Source of the DNA: Eledone cirrhosa
Lineage: Eukaryota
Assembly: GCA_964016885.1 (NCBI GenBank)
Contig: OZ024742.1
Location: 260,462,001-260,526,000, forward strand
Direction: 5' to 3'
Length of the DNA: 64,000 nt
Each line of letters opens with the position of its first letter. The stretch's first letter is position 1. Position numbers and translations under genes: made by a program. The notes beneath the pieces are model-generated. The model saw nothing but the letters and a program-made list of their open reading frames with translations, searched no databases and was not told the DNA's origin. Positions 48,009-60,481 of this stretch are shown piece after piece.

Positions 48009-48212
48009 ATCATCATCATCATCTTCGTTTAACGCCTATCTTCGACACTAGCATGGGTTTAGAAGGGAATTGTCCCACTTGAGGCAAGATTGGTTGTCTT
48101 GCTCGTATAGGACCATCTGGCAGGCCTTCTACGGCTGGATGCCCTTTCTAACACCAACCACATTTACAGTGTGGACTGGGAGGTCCTTACCGTGTTACCT
48201 ACACGGCCACAT
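48009..48212 (-). mobile_element. RTE 3' UTR fragment
   Basis: Reverse complement of the RTE 3' end with (GAT)n tail. Confidence 0.8.
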
Positions 48213-48529
48213 CAACTGTTTATGGTGTATATATCAGTTGTGACAACACTGAGGCCAAGCTGTATCAGCCATTGTCTCTCCTTGGACAACATAAGTTGTG
48301 TGGAGAAGGGAGATTGGCATACATGGGTGACTGTTGGTCTTCCACAAAAGGTCAGTCATGACCAAAAAAGGACCTTTTAAACACAATCATAATTTCTGAG
48401 TGTAGATGGTGCTACTGGATTTTAAATGCTAAATTTTAGGACAGTATTCCCTAAAGGCATGACCAGTACCATTAAGGCCATCTGGGTAGCCACCTTGGAT
48501 ACAGACCTCAAAGAAACATATTACTGAAC

Positions 48530-49730
48530 ATTAAACGTCTTTTCCTACACTGTGTATTACCAATCTTTACTGTTCTTCGTTATCTCTATTGCAAGTGTAA
48601 TCACTCACCAACAAACAGGGCAGCCGCTGCATTGAATGAGAGTAACGCCCTGGTAAGATGATCTGGCGGAAAGTGGAGGACATGTCTGTACCCGTACATG
48701 TGGTGAAAATCTATGAGGCAGGGACCTGTGGGTTGATGCATGCATGCACGCAACACTGTTGGAAACGTGGTGATCCCATGTGATGTTTTTGATGGTCCTC
48801 AGAGCTCTTCTACCGAAGCTGTTGATCCTCTTTGCCAGGGTCTTTGTTAGGGGCTATGTTTCTGGGAGATTGAGCAATGGTGCCAAAAGGGCTTCCATAG
48901 GGAGTGCATGACCCCGGCAGCCATACCACATCTGCAGTTGATCTCCAGGGTCAGGTCTCCATTGCTGGTGACAGTTGAGCCCAGTTAAATGAAGGAGCTG
49001 ACAATCTCCACAGTGTTGGGCCAATATGAGAAAGATCTGGGCCATTGCCAACATGCATCAGCTTCGTCTTCACCCAGCTTACCTGAAAGCCAAGCTTTGC
49101 TGATTCCTCCTGGTATATAGCCAGTGCATCTCTGAGCTGATTGATGGAGTTGCTGAATAGGGTGGTGGTGTTTGCATACTCCAGGTTGGTTAGGTGGTAA
49201 TTCTTGAGGGTAACACCAGAAACTCGCTCACAAACCTTGGTCATCAGTCAATGACACACTTGAAGAGGTCGGGAGCAGCCACACAGCCCTGTCTGACCCC
49301 ACTGTTGATGGGGAACCAGTCAGTCATTCCTGTTCACCCACACACAATTCTCAGCATTGCTATAGAGCCTTTAGAACAGGATGATGATCTTGAGAAGCAC
49401 GCCAACAAGCTGGAGAATGTTCCAGAGGCAGTGATCTCCATGGAATTCCCGAGATCTTTCGATAATGTGGTGGATTGATTAGGCATGAATCTGGCTTGTT
49501 GTGGGTGACATCTGCTTCTGCTGGATGGAAAAGCATGGTTGAGGAGGATCTTGGTGAAGACCTGGCTTGCGATGGAGAGAAGCATGATGCCCCTGTGGTT
49601 GCTGAAGACGAGTTTGTTGCCCTTCGGTTTCCAGAAGAGGAGAATGATGCCTCAGGTCCAGTCATTTGGGAGCTGCTCTGACATCCATACATGGTTGATG
49701 ATACGGGTGAGCCACTAGACCATGTTATCT
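48530..49730 (-). mobile_element. Degraded RTE-like LINE RT region (different family)
   Basis: NHRGIMLLSIASQVFTKILL, GVRQGCVAAP and LTNLEYAN (degenerate YADD) remnants. Confidence 0.75.
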
Positions 49731-51159
49731 CTGTGTAGTATAAAATGTAGGTTTAGTCATTTTCTTAGTATTGTCAGAGTAAGAAGTGTCAAAACTGGAG
49801 TTCACCAGCTTTCTAAACTAAATTGAAATTATTTTATTTTGGAGAAAGGGTTGCACATTGTAGAGCTTACTTACAGCACTAAATATCCTGGTGCAGATTC
49901 TGTCCACATGCATAGCCACCTGATTAACATTTTTGATACCAACCCACCTAATATTGCCCCTGATTCTATGATACAAAACTGTTTATTTTAAGATGTTTAT
50001 ATTTATCTAAAAACCTTCCACTATAATTTTATGTAAGAACATTTAAGTTGTTCCAAATATCAGCTTAATTATATGGAAGTTAGTTATATTAATAAATTAA
50101 TTAGTTTACTAATACTTCTAAATTCTTATTTTCAAAATGATTTGAAATTCATAGGTCTTTCATTAGAAATATGGTACAGAAAATGGTTTATACATAAATG
50201 TATTGCATCTAGTAGATTCATATATGCCTTTATTATAAATCAATATTTATATTGTAAACCTGTTTTCACAAGTTGAATCATTAAGGGATATAAGTTTAGG
50301 AACAGGTTCTTATCATTAACATCACCATCATCATTAACATCACCATCATTATCAACATCATTATCACCATCAACATCATTATCACCACCACCATTATGAG
50401 ATGCTACATTTTCACAATCATTACCATTTAGTGCTACATTATGATGTGCCAACCCACTAACCAGCCTGCCTATCTGGGGTATAAGACAAGGCTGACCTAA
50501 AACTGAATTGAATTTAAGTGACAAAATGAATGAAATGTTGCAGTTCACAACTTTGTAGATTTAGCTGGCCTCCTAGCTGGTTGGATCTCATACAAGGTTT
50601 CTCGTGTGTTTTAATTATAGGAACCTGAGTCCTGTCATGTCGTTACAGCTCACACCTATGTAAGTTTAGCTGGCCTCCTACAAGGTTCGATCTCACAGGT
50701 TTCTCAGATGTTTTAACAAAACAGTGCTCAAGAACCCAATGCACTGTCCAGTCAAAGAATTAAACCCACAAGCTTATAACCACTAGGTCATATGTCTTGA
50801 TGACCTAGGAAGACATAGATTAATTTTTGGTGCTAAACAAACCCAGACATTACATGACATCACACCAGGACAGGACTTGCAACTTTCTGTAGAATGTCTC
50901 TTCCTTCCATCAACACCACCCCAACTGTACACATAGAAGATACATGAAATAGAATACACACTTACACACAATCTCATACACACACACACTCTCACATGCA
51001 TACACACACACAATCATAGTCACACACATCACACTCTCATACATTCTCATACGCTCCCACACACACACTCCCACTAATTCTCACACACTCCTACAGACAC
51101 ACACACCTGCTCACACATACTCTCACACTCACACACACTATTATTTCCTTTTTTATTTA

Positions 51160-51378
51160 GGGCGGTAGATTGTCAGTATCAGTAGAGTGTCGGACAACAA
51201 GCTTTGCGGCAATGTGTTACAGCCCTTTATTTTCTGAGTTCAAATCCCACCGAAGTTAGTTTAGCCTTTCATCCTTACAAGGTTGATAAAATAAAGCACC
51301 AGTAATGCACTGGGGTCGATTTAATTGACTTTTCCAGCAAATAATTGTTGGCCTTGTGCCTAAATCAGAAACCTTTAT
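51160..51378 (+). mobile_element. SINE, family A
   Basis: Homologous to 311-505. Confidence 0.75.
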
Positions 51379-52401
51379 TTACTTCTTTCCAAAGCTGTAT
51401 CTCATAGGTGGTTTCTCTGGTGTTTTAATGATAGGGTCCGCAATCATAGATTGTTACAGTTTACACCTATGTAAGTTTAGCTTAGTATCAATGGACCCCC
51501 TACCATTCAAACACCCAAGAAACTTCCTCTGATACATCATTGTACAAAGCTAGCTAAATCTACATATGTATAAGCTTTAACAATGACACAACAGAACTGG
51601 GGTCCCAGACATTAAAACACCTAAGAAACCTCCTGTGAGAAACAACCTTATAGGAGGCCAGCTAAGCCAACATATGTGTGAACTGTAACAACAATGATAG
51701 AACTGAGGCCCTAGTCATTAAAATACTTGAGAAACCTCCTATGCGATACTACTCTGAAGGAGGTCAGCTAAACCTACATAGTGTGAACTGTAACCGATAT
51801 ATACTGTGTAAATTAGAATTCTTTCAGTTAATTTCTAATGTAGTTTCTAAGAGGAAGACTTTGGCTTGTGACTGTACTGGGTGATGATATCTTATTGCTT
51901 TTATGGCCTGTGAGTAGGATTATGACTGAACTGGCTGGAGACCTCTCGTTACTTGAAAGGGCCTGGTAGTGGGCACGTGACATGGCTTGTGATTGTACTG
52001 GGTATTAGTCTGTCATTACCTAGTGCTCCATAAAGAGCAGAATGAACTAACTATAAGCTGTAATATGTAAACAATGAAACACACAAAAATGTACAGACTG
52101 ACACAGGTTTCTATACTACAGTGATTAGGTTATTTGACCTACAATCATAAAGTTTGAAGTTTGATTCCTTGACCAGACAGAACCATGTGTTCTTTTGCAA
52201 CTCACTTCATTCATGGTAGGTCTGACTCTCCTATCATTAAAACACCCAAGAAACCTATGACATTGGAGGCCAGCTAAATCTATATAGTTATGAGCTGTAA
52301 CAATATAGGTGTAAGCTGTAAATTTAATTTTTTCTAGTTTTCACTTATAATATATCTGTTTATTTCTTTTTCTTTCAGAATTAATTACCGGTATCTTGAA
52401 A

Positions 52402-52468
52402 ATGCCGTCCTTGACGGTACCACTAATTTTGGTCTTCCTGTCGTATGTTCCATTGCAGACACTTGCAG
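52402..52468 (+). CDS. Coding exon 1 (signal peptide) of a C-type lectin domain protein
   Basis: Polypyrimidine acceptor tttctttcag ends at 52378; ATG gives hydrophobic MPSLTVPLILVFLSYVPLQTLA; phase-1 donor CAG|gtaagg. Confidence 0.8.
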
Positions 52469-52654
52469 GTAAGGTGAATCTTCATTTTAGACTTAGAATA
52501 TTAATTCTTTTTATATCAAACTGCCTGAAACTATCCCTCATTCTATGATACTATACTGTTTATTTTAAAATGTTTATATTTATCTAAAAACCTTCCATCA
52601 TAGTTTCTGTTAAATTATGTTCCAGACACCAGCTTAATAATGAAAAAGTTAGTT

Positions 52655-55223
52655 CTTCATTCACTTATTCCTGGGAAGGTTGTTGGGGCTGAGTGCTCAA
52701 GTACACCTTCTAGCGCATGTCAGAGATCACCTTTTGATGAGTTAAGCAGTACCATGTTGTCCACAAATTCCAGCCAACTGATCTTGCATCCACCAGTCTC
52801 AATACCACTTCCATCCTGGCTACGCATGTCAATCCAGTCCATGAAGATTATGAACAGGAGAGGTGACAGTATTCACCCTCAACAGAGTCTGATACCCACA
52901 TTGAATGGTTTCAACATAGCACCATTTATCCAAACACAAATTCTAAGACATCAGGACAAGAAGAAGTTGTCCATTTATCCCATATTCCTGCACAACCTTC
53001 CACAGAAGGTGTTGTGGAATGTGATCATATACCTTTTCAAGGTCTACAAAACAAGATACACCTCTTGATAATACTCCCACGATTTCTCAAAGACCTGCTG
53101 AACTTTGAATGTTGGGTTGACAAGTTGTGTCTGGGGTGAAAACCACACTGTCAGCTAGCTTGAACTCAACAATATCCCTTTGCCAGACACTTAGCATAAA
53201 CTTTACCAGGGAGGATTAACAAGGAGATCCCTCTATAATTGAAGCAATCTCTCTTGTCTCCCTTTTTGAAAATTGGGATTATCACTACCGATTGCCATTG
53301 CTTAAGTGCCTTTCTAGAGATCCAGGCCACCCAGCATACACAAGTCAACCAGAGAATACTTTCTCTATTTAAGGCTTTTAACATCTTGGTTTGAATTCAT
53401 CCTCAGCAGCAGCCTTGCCACATTTAAGTTCATTAATTGCTCTTATGGCCTCAGCCTCTAAGAGATTAGTCATCACTCCCAGATGCACCTCATGTACATC
53501 AGATGCTGCTGTTGTGACCAGGTTTAGGAGATCAGCAAAGTATTCTCTCCACCTTGTGAGAATGAACCTCTCCAAACAGAGGAGAACTCTAGATGTGTTT
53601 CTGATTGCAAGTGTGTAGAACTTATTATGAAGTCAGCAGATGTCTGCCAGAATACTTTATTTGATGATCTGAAGTTGAATTGCAGCTTAACCCCAAAGTC
53701 CTCCTATGTCTTAACTTTGGACAACTTTAGAGTCTCTGCTGTAACTTTTTATACCTGCTTGTACCACATGCACAAGAAGGATTTGTATCCAATCCAAGCC
53801 TTATAAGTCTCCTTCTTTGCTTGGATGGCATCTTTGACCACTTGATTGAACCAAGGGGTCCTCCTGTCACCTGGTACCACATCAAGCTGCTTTTGCCTGC
53901 AGAATTTAACAGCTGAAGTAGAAACTGCTAAGTTGAACAGTCTCCACTTCATTTCAACATCCTTAGTTTGCTCAGGGAGTTCTGTGAATTTGGTTGCAAT
54001 ATTATTTCATACCTGTTCCTGACTGCCTTCTCTGCCAGTGCTTCCTACTTTATCCTGTAAGACGAGCAGGACCTGCAAGTTTTGTGGGCTTTTTTAGCTT
54101 TAGGTAGTCTCAGGTTGCAGATAACCAGATGGTGATCAGTTGATAGTTCAGCCCCTCTCTTAATCAATTATTGATCTCTGTCCCTGATTTCCCCTTATAC
54201 TGTGTGTATTTATGGATGTCTTTGTGCTAGGTGTTCATGATAGAGAGCCCATTACTAGAACAGAAATCTAATAAGGTCTCTCCATTCGTATTTAGATTGG
54301 GATTGCCATTCCTTCCAATCACTCCTCCATATCAAGTAATCAATGCCAACATGTGCATTGAAGTCTCCTATTAGGATATATGACTCGGTCCTTACTACTT
54401 CTAATGCTACCACTGTAGCATTAGAAGTAGTAAGTAACAAGGAATGATCTGTATTTGGGCTCCCTGTTTGGTGCAAATCCTCCTTCCCAATGGGATCCAA
54501 TCCATAACATATTCTGACAGCTGTGGCTTTGTGAGTATCCCTACTCGCACTTGTGCAGTATTTTCTGGCATCACACTTGAATAGTGGAGTTTCTATCCTC
54601 CATCCACATGTACAGTACCAGAGTCATGGAATTTTGTTAAGGAAACCCCAACTATATACACTAGTTCCTGCTCTATGTTGTTCTGCTAGAGAACGGATTT
54701 CAGGTGGTTGATAGTGATACAGCCACCAGATATGATGGTTAATTGTGATATAAGCATTCTCCTGCTGGACAAAGAAGCAACCCCAGACCAACAACAGTAA
54801 ACTACTAAGTGAAATGGTGCAATGGGTGACACTGTTGTCTCCCAAGAAAACTCACAACTCAGTGATGTAGTTACAAGGCGAATAAAGACTCTCTCTAAAA
54901 AGGCCTAGTCTTCACAGATCTTAGAAAAGTACCAAATTAGTGACTGGCATGAATAAGACCACCAAAACACTGTGATATGGCCCAAAACAGTAAAAGCATC
55001 CATCCTGCATCATCCTTCACACAGGATAACAAGGGGCATGTTCAGGCCTTAGATAGAAAGGCCTGCTCAAAAAATATATTGCAGTCTCCATTCAACACTG
55101 CAAGTACTGGAGTGGGTGCCTGCAACCTGTCCTGGGATGCATGGGATGGACAGAGAGAGGTTACTTATCCTGAGACCCCAAAGAGAGTCCGGAAGGGAAC
55201 AAACCTTGACAATTGGTAACTAG
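52655..55223 (-). mobile_element. RTE-like LINE with TSD, internally deleted, intronic
   Basis: 16-bp TSD aatga(a/g)aaagttagtt at 52639-52654 and 55224-55239; ILIGDFNAHVG, TPWFNQ and PIFKKGDKRDCFNYRGISLL motifs. Confidence 0.85.
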
Positions 55224-56915
55224 AATGAGAAAGTTAGTTATATTACTAAATACCTCCAAATTCTTAATGATTTTCAAAATTATTTAAAATTTATATGCAG
55301 TTTTTCAATAGAAATATGATAATGAAAGAGTTAATTAGGTAAATTGTCAGCAGGTAACTATCCAGGAAGCAGATGCACTTGTTAAGAACTTATGTCAGAA
55401 GTTGAAAATATTTACACCTTTTAATTATTTGGAGACTCTAAGCTGTAGCTTAAAGCAGCAAATTAAAAATTAGGTCATTAGAATATTTGTCTTTAGTCCT
55501 TTCAGGGTTAAATTACCAGTACAATAATGTAGGCAATTATTCACCACCACCACCACCCCTGTCTCACACACACACACACCCTTTGTTGTTTAGCCCTAGG
55601 TCAACCTAGATCAAGCAAAAATGATGAAAGGTGTTAAAAACCCTGAATCTAGGAAAAGAGGGCAATTATTCATGTCTTTGAGGCTGTAGAGTATCTGTAG
55701 ATGTGTTGTGGAGTTCTATAATAACCAAAATAATGAATAGTGTCCAAATTTCTTTGTGAAAAAGTGTTGTCTAGTGGTTAGTTTAGGAAACAGGATTATA
55801 AAATTGTGAGGTTGATTCCTGGGCCAGGTGACATGCAGTGTTCTTGAGTAAGACATTTCATTTCTCATTGCTTTTCATAAGACTGAAGTCCCTGTGATTA
55901 TTACACCTGAGAAACCTCCTATGAGATACAATCTTGTAGGAAGTCAACTAAGCCTTCAAGGTGTGAGCTGTAACAACAACATAAGACTGACGTCCCTATC
56001 ATTAAAACAGCTGAGAAACCTCCCATGAGATGTAACTCTACTAAGCCTACAAAGTGTGAGCTGTAACAACATACAACTGTGATCTTATCATAAAATATTT
56101 TAAAGACCTTTTATGTGGTGCAACCCTGCTAAACTTACAATGTGTGAGCTGTAACACCAATATAATGAGACTGCGGCCACTACCATTAAAACACTTAAGA
56201 AACCTCCTATGAGGTGCAGGTCATATCATAGACTCTTAACTTCACATCAAGTTATAGGAACACCATCATGATATAGTGTGTCTTAGGCACTTCAACTTGG
56301 TAGAGCCCATCTTTCTTTAGCGCTGAACACAGCCAATTTCTTCCAAAGGAAGAGAGAAAGAGATAGAGAAGAGGAATTGATGCCACTATTGAACTGGTAC
56401 TTTATATTTTGACCTCTGAAGGATGAAAGGTAAAGTTGGTCTCGGTGGGATTTGATCTCAGAGAGCCAGAATGAATGCTACAAAGCATCTAAAGTATTCT
56501 AACAATTCTGCCAATTTACCTCCTTAACCTGTAAAGGTTTCAATGTTACCCCTTAACATCTTAACATTTAGCACAAAATATCTGACAATGGGTTTGATAA
56601 TTTTGATTTACTAGTGGACAAATCATTGTGAGCATTTGAAGTAATAACTCTTAACACCCTATAATGATTTAACAATGGTTTTGTTAATTAAATTTTTATA
56701 TTGTTGGGAAAATTTTCAGTATTAAAGACTTCAGTACTTAATGTGATCCACTTGTAATGCTGTTTCATACTTTCCAAGAATGTCTTGCTAATGTGGTTTC
56801 ATGTGGTACAGGATGTTGAGTTATATTTAATTTCTTTTTTTCTTTTGAAATATCCATGTCCCTATTGTGGTGACTGTTTATAAGAACGTGTGTGTTTCTC
56901 TCTCTGTACTTCCAG

Positions 56916-57010
56916 CATGTCCTGAGCAATGGATGTCTTATAGTGATACCTGTTATCTATTCATTGTCAATTCATTGAAGAATCTTGAAATGGCTAAACA
57001 GGAATGTTAT
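56916..57010 (+). CDS. Coding exon 2: N-terminal part of a C-type lectin domain
   Basis: Acceptor ttctctctctgtacttccag and donor gtaagt. Phase-compatible with exon 1 (G+CA=Ala). CPEQWMSYSDTCYLFIVNSLKNLEMAKQECY fits the CP..W......CY.F.........A...C pattern. Confidence 0.88.
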
Positions 57011-57844
57011 GTAAGTAGTAACGTTGCTTGTTGTTTTATTGATGTTGTGTAATTGTGTGTGAGTGTGCATGTACATGTGTATATACATTTATATATATAT
57101 ATACATATACATTGTTTTCTGCTTGTTCAAGAATTCTGTCTCCAGTCATTTTCCCTGGGGACTTTAACTATAGAACTGACCAATCATCAATATTGACTAT
57201 ATGTATATACTAGCTATATGTATATACTATATGTATATACTAGCTGAGTAGCCCATCATTGCCATGCAATAATCACAATAGTATGCCTTTATTTCAAATT
57301 TTTTATTTATTCGGTGTCGGACCATGTCTCCACTTTGATGAGGACGGATTTCTTTATTAATTGAGTCAATCTATAATGTTTGTATGAACCATGTTTGTAG
57401 TTTTTCCATCTGGTGCAAAAATGTAAAGATTTTCCTGACTTCGTACTCTTGAACATCTCAGCTGAAGCCGGGCTCTTGCACAATTATTCTATCTCAAGTT
57501 GACCAGGCTGATACACTTGGATGCACATATAGATGCACACGTGCATATAAACATTCACTAAACAAGATATCTATATACACAACCACACCTTCATCATAAA
57601 AAAAACACTGATGTGAAGAGATTTTACAATTAGATAAACAATGTATGCCCTTATTTGGACAAACCACTCCTCCTGATGATACAGCCAGTTAACCACCTAG
57701 GCCTTTGGCAATCAGTCAGTAACTGACTGATAAAACAGTCAGTTAATTAAGCATACTCTACTACCCCAAGTATCAAGTACTCTGTTAAGTAATGGTCTAA
57801 CCAGTTTCAAACTGAATCCATCCTGATTTATATATATATGCGTA

Positions 57845-57895
<51 letters not shown>

Positions 57896-58186
57896 TTGTA
57901 AGTATGTATACTTACACACACACACACACACACACACATGTATGTATATATATGTGTGTGTGTGTTTGTAAGTATATATATGTATATATATATATGTGTG
58001 TGCGTGTGTTTGTAAGTATATATATGTATGTATATATATGTGTGTGTGTGTTTGTAAGTATATATATATGTGTGTGTGTGTGTGTAAGTATATATATGTA
58101 TGTATATATATATGTGTGTGTGTGTGTGTAAGTATATATATGTATGTATATATATATGTGTGTGTGTGTGTAAGTATATATATGTA

Positions 58187-60462
58187 TCATCATCATCACC
58201 GTTTTACGTCCATTCTTCCATGCTAGCATGGGTTAGACGGGTTGTCCTGTTGTGGGCAGTGTCTGGTTGGCTGACTATGCCTTGCTCATACAGGAACTGA
58301 TTTTGGCTTGATTTCTACAGCTGGATGCCCTTCCTAACACCAACCTCATTTACAGTGAGTGCTGGGTGCTTTTTCCGTGGCGCCTACACGTCCACTTTAC
58401 AGTGTGGGCTGGGTGCTTTTTTGCCGTGGCACCTCCATGACCACCTTGCAGTGGGAGGGTGTGGGGGCATATTGTCTATATGCTTCAACTTGTACCCATG
58501 GGAGGTCGGGTACTCTGTATTACTGCGTGACGCCAGAGGTCACGGTCGTGTGTCATCGCCGTTGAGAGGTGTAATTGGGTAAGGTTGGCTTTAATCACCT
58601 CATCCCAGGTCTTATTGGGTCTCCCCACTCCGCGGTTTCCATCAACTTCTAGTGCTCTGCACCTTTTTATGCAGCTGTCATCCTTCATACGCATCACATG
58701 TCCATACCAACGCAACCGCCTCTCCTGCACACAGCATTTGATTCCTCTTATGCTCAGTCTCTCTCTCAATTCATTTATGCTTTGTCGTTCGCGTATATTA
58801 CTGTTACACATCCATCGGAGCATGCAGGCTTCGTTTCTTTCTAATCTACATAAGTCTTCCACCTTCAGCGCCCAGGTCTCACTACCATGTAACATTGCTG
58901 TTCGGATACACGCATCATACAGTCTGCCTTTCATTTTGAGGGAGAAGCCTTTTGCAGCTAGCAGTGGCAGTAGTTCCCTGAACTTCTTCCATCCCGTTCT
59001 TACCCTAGTTATTGTACTTTCTGAACACCCACCTCCGCTACTAATTCGGTCACCTAGGTAGCAGAAGCTGTCTACTGTTTCTACAGAGCCCTCCCAGAGA
59101 TTGGTGGTACTTGTTTCCTGTGGCTGTTTGCTGCTTGCTGTCTCAGCACAGCTGCTGCATGTGAAGCCTACATTCTTAATTAAGCTTGCTGAGATCCCGC
59201 TACATCTCTTGTGTACCCATTGTTTGCATTTGGGGAAGAGAATGAAGTTCCTACCTATACCTTTCCTACATACTGAGCAAGGCCATTTTCCTGAGGGGAT
59301 CTGGGTTCTGTTTTCTCGTCTACTTACAAGGACCTTAGTCTTTGTCATGTTGACTTTGAGACCCTTTCTTTCTAGTCCCTGCTTCCAAGTTTGGAATTTC
59401 TTCTCTAGTTCTACCATAGATTCAGCTATAAGTGCGAAATCATCAGCATACAGGAGTTCCCATGGGCATCCGGTCTTAAACTCCTCCGTTATTGCCTGCA
59501 GGACTATGATGAACAGGAGAGGGCTAAGAACAGAGCCCTGGTGGACACCAACCTGTACACTAAATTCCTCGCTATACTCATTGCTAATCCTAACTTTGCT
59601 GACTGCTCCCCTATACATGGCTTGTACCGCTTTCACAAGCCATTCATCTACACCTAGTTTTCTAAAGGCCTACCAGATTACAGCACGTGGAACTCTGTCA
59701 AAGGCTTTCTCGAGATCGTCGAATGCCAGGTAGAGTGGCTTACTTTTAGCTAGGTACTTTTCCTGTAACTGCCTCACAAGGAAGAGGGCATCAGTGGTGC
59801 CTCTTCATGGTACAAACCCAAATTGCATCTCATCTAGTTTCACCCAGTCCCTAATCAACTGTGCTATAACTCTTTCTGTTACTTTCATGACCTGGTCTAT
59901 CAGCTTTATACCTCTATAGTTTCCTCTATCTAGTGCATCACCTTTACCTTTGTAGCAGTTGACAATGATGCTACTGCACCAATATTTTGGTATGACACCT
60001 TCTAGTATTACCTGGTTAACAATACGTGTGGTTATAGTGTGACCTACAGACCCAGATGCCTTCAGCATCTTGGCAGCTATACCCGATGGACCGGTTGCCT
60101 TCCCCATCTTCATATCTTTGATTGCCTTACTTACTACGCTGCTGCTGACTTGTACTGCTGGCTCCTCTATAGGGTCTAATTGGGGTAGGGTCTCTTCTTC
60201 CCATGCATTCTCCACATTTAGTAATCTATCATAATGGCTCTTCCATGCATCTTTCTTCTCAGCACCTGTGAGGGCACGCTCACCTTTATCATTCCGGATA
60301 CACTTCTCTCCAATGACATCACAATTCTCTCTGACACACTGCCTCGCAATCTTGAACACCTCCTGTTTCTAGTCCTCACATTGCAAAACATGCTTGAATT
60401 TTCTATCCTCTGCTTCCTTCCTACCTAAGTATACTTGTCGCCTAGCTTCCCTCTTGGTCTCT
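58187..60462 (-). mobile_element. RTE-clade LINE, 5'-truncated
   Basis: ORFs 59805-60359 and 58485-59636 (QGSVLSP, LLYADD, PHD-like finger, WYGHV); 3' UTR and (GAT)n tail. Confidence 0.93.
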
Positions 60463-60481
60463 ATGTAATATATATATATAT

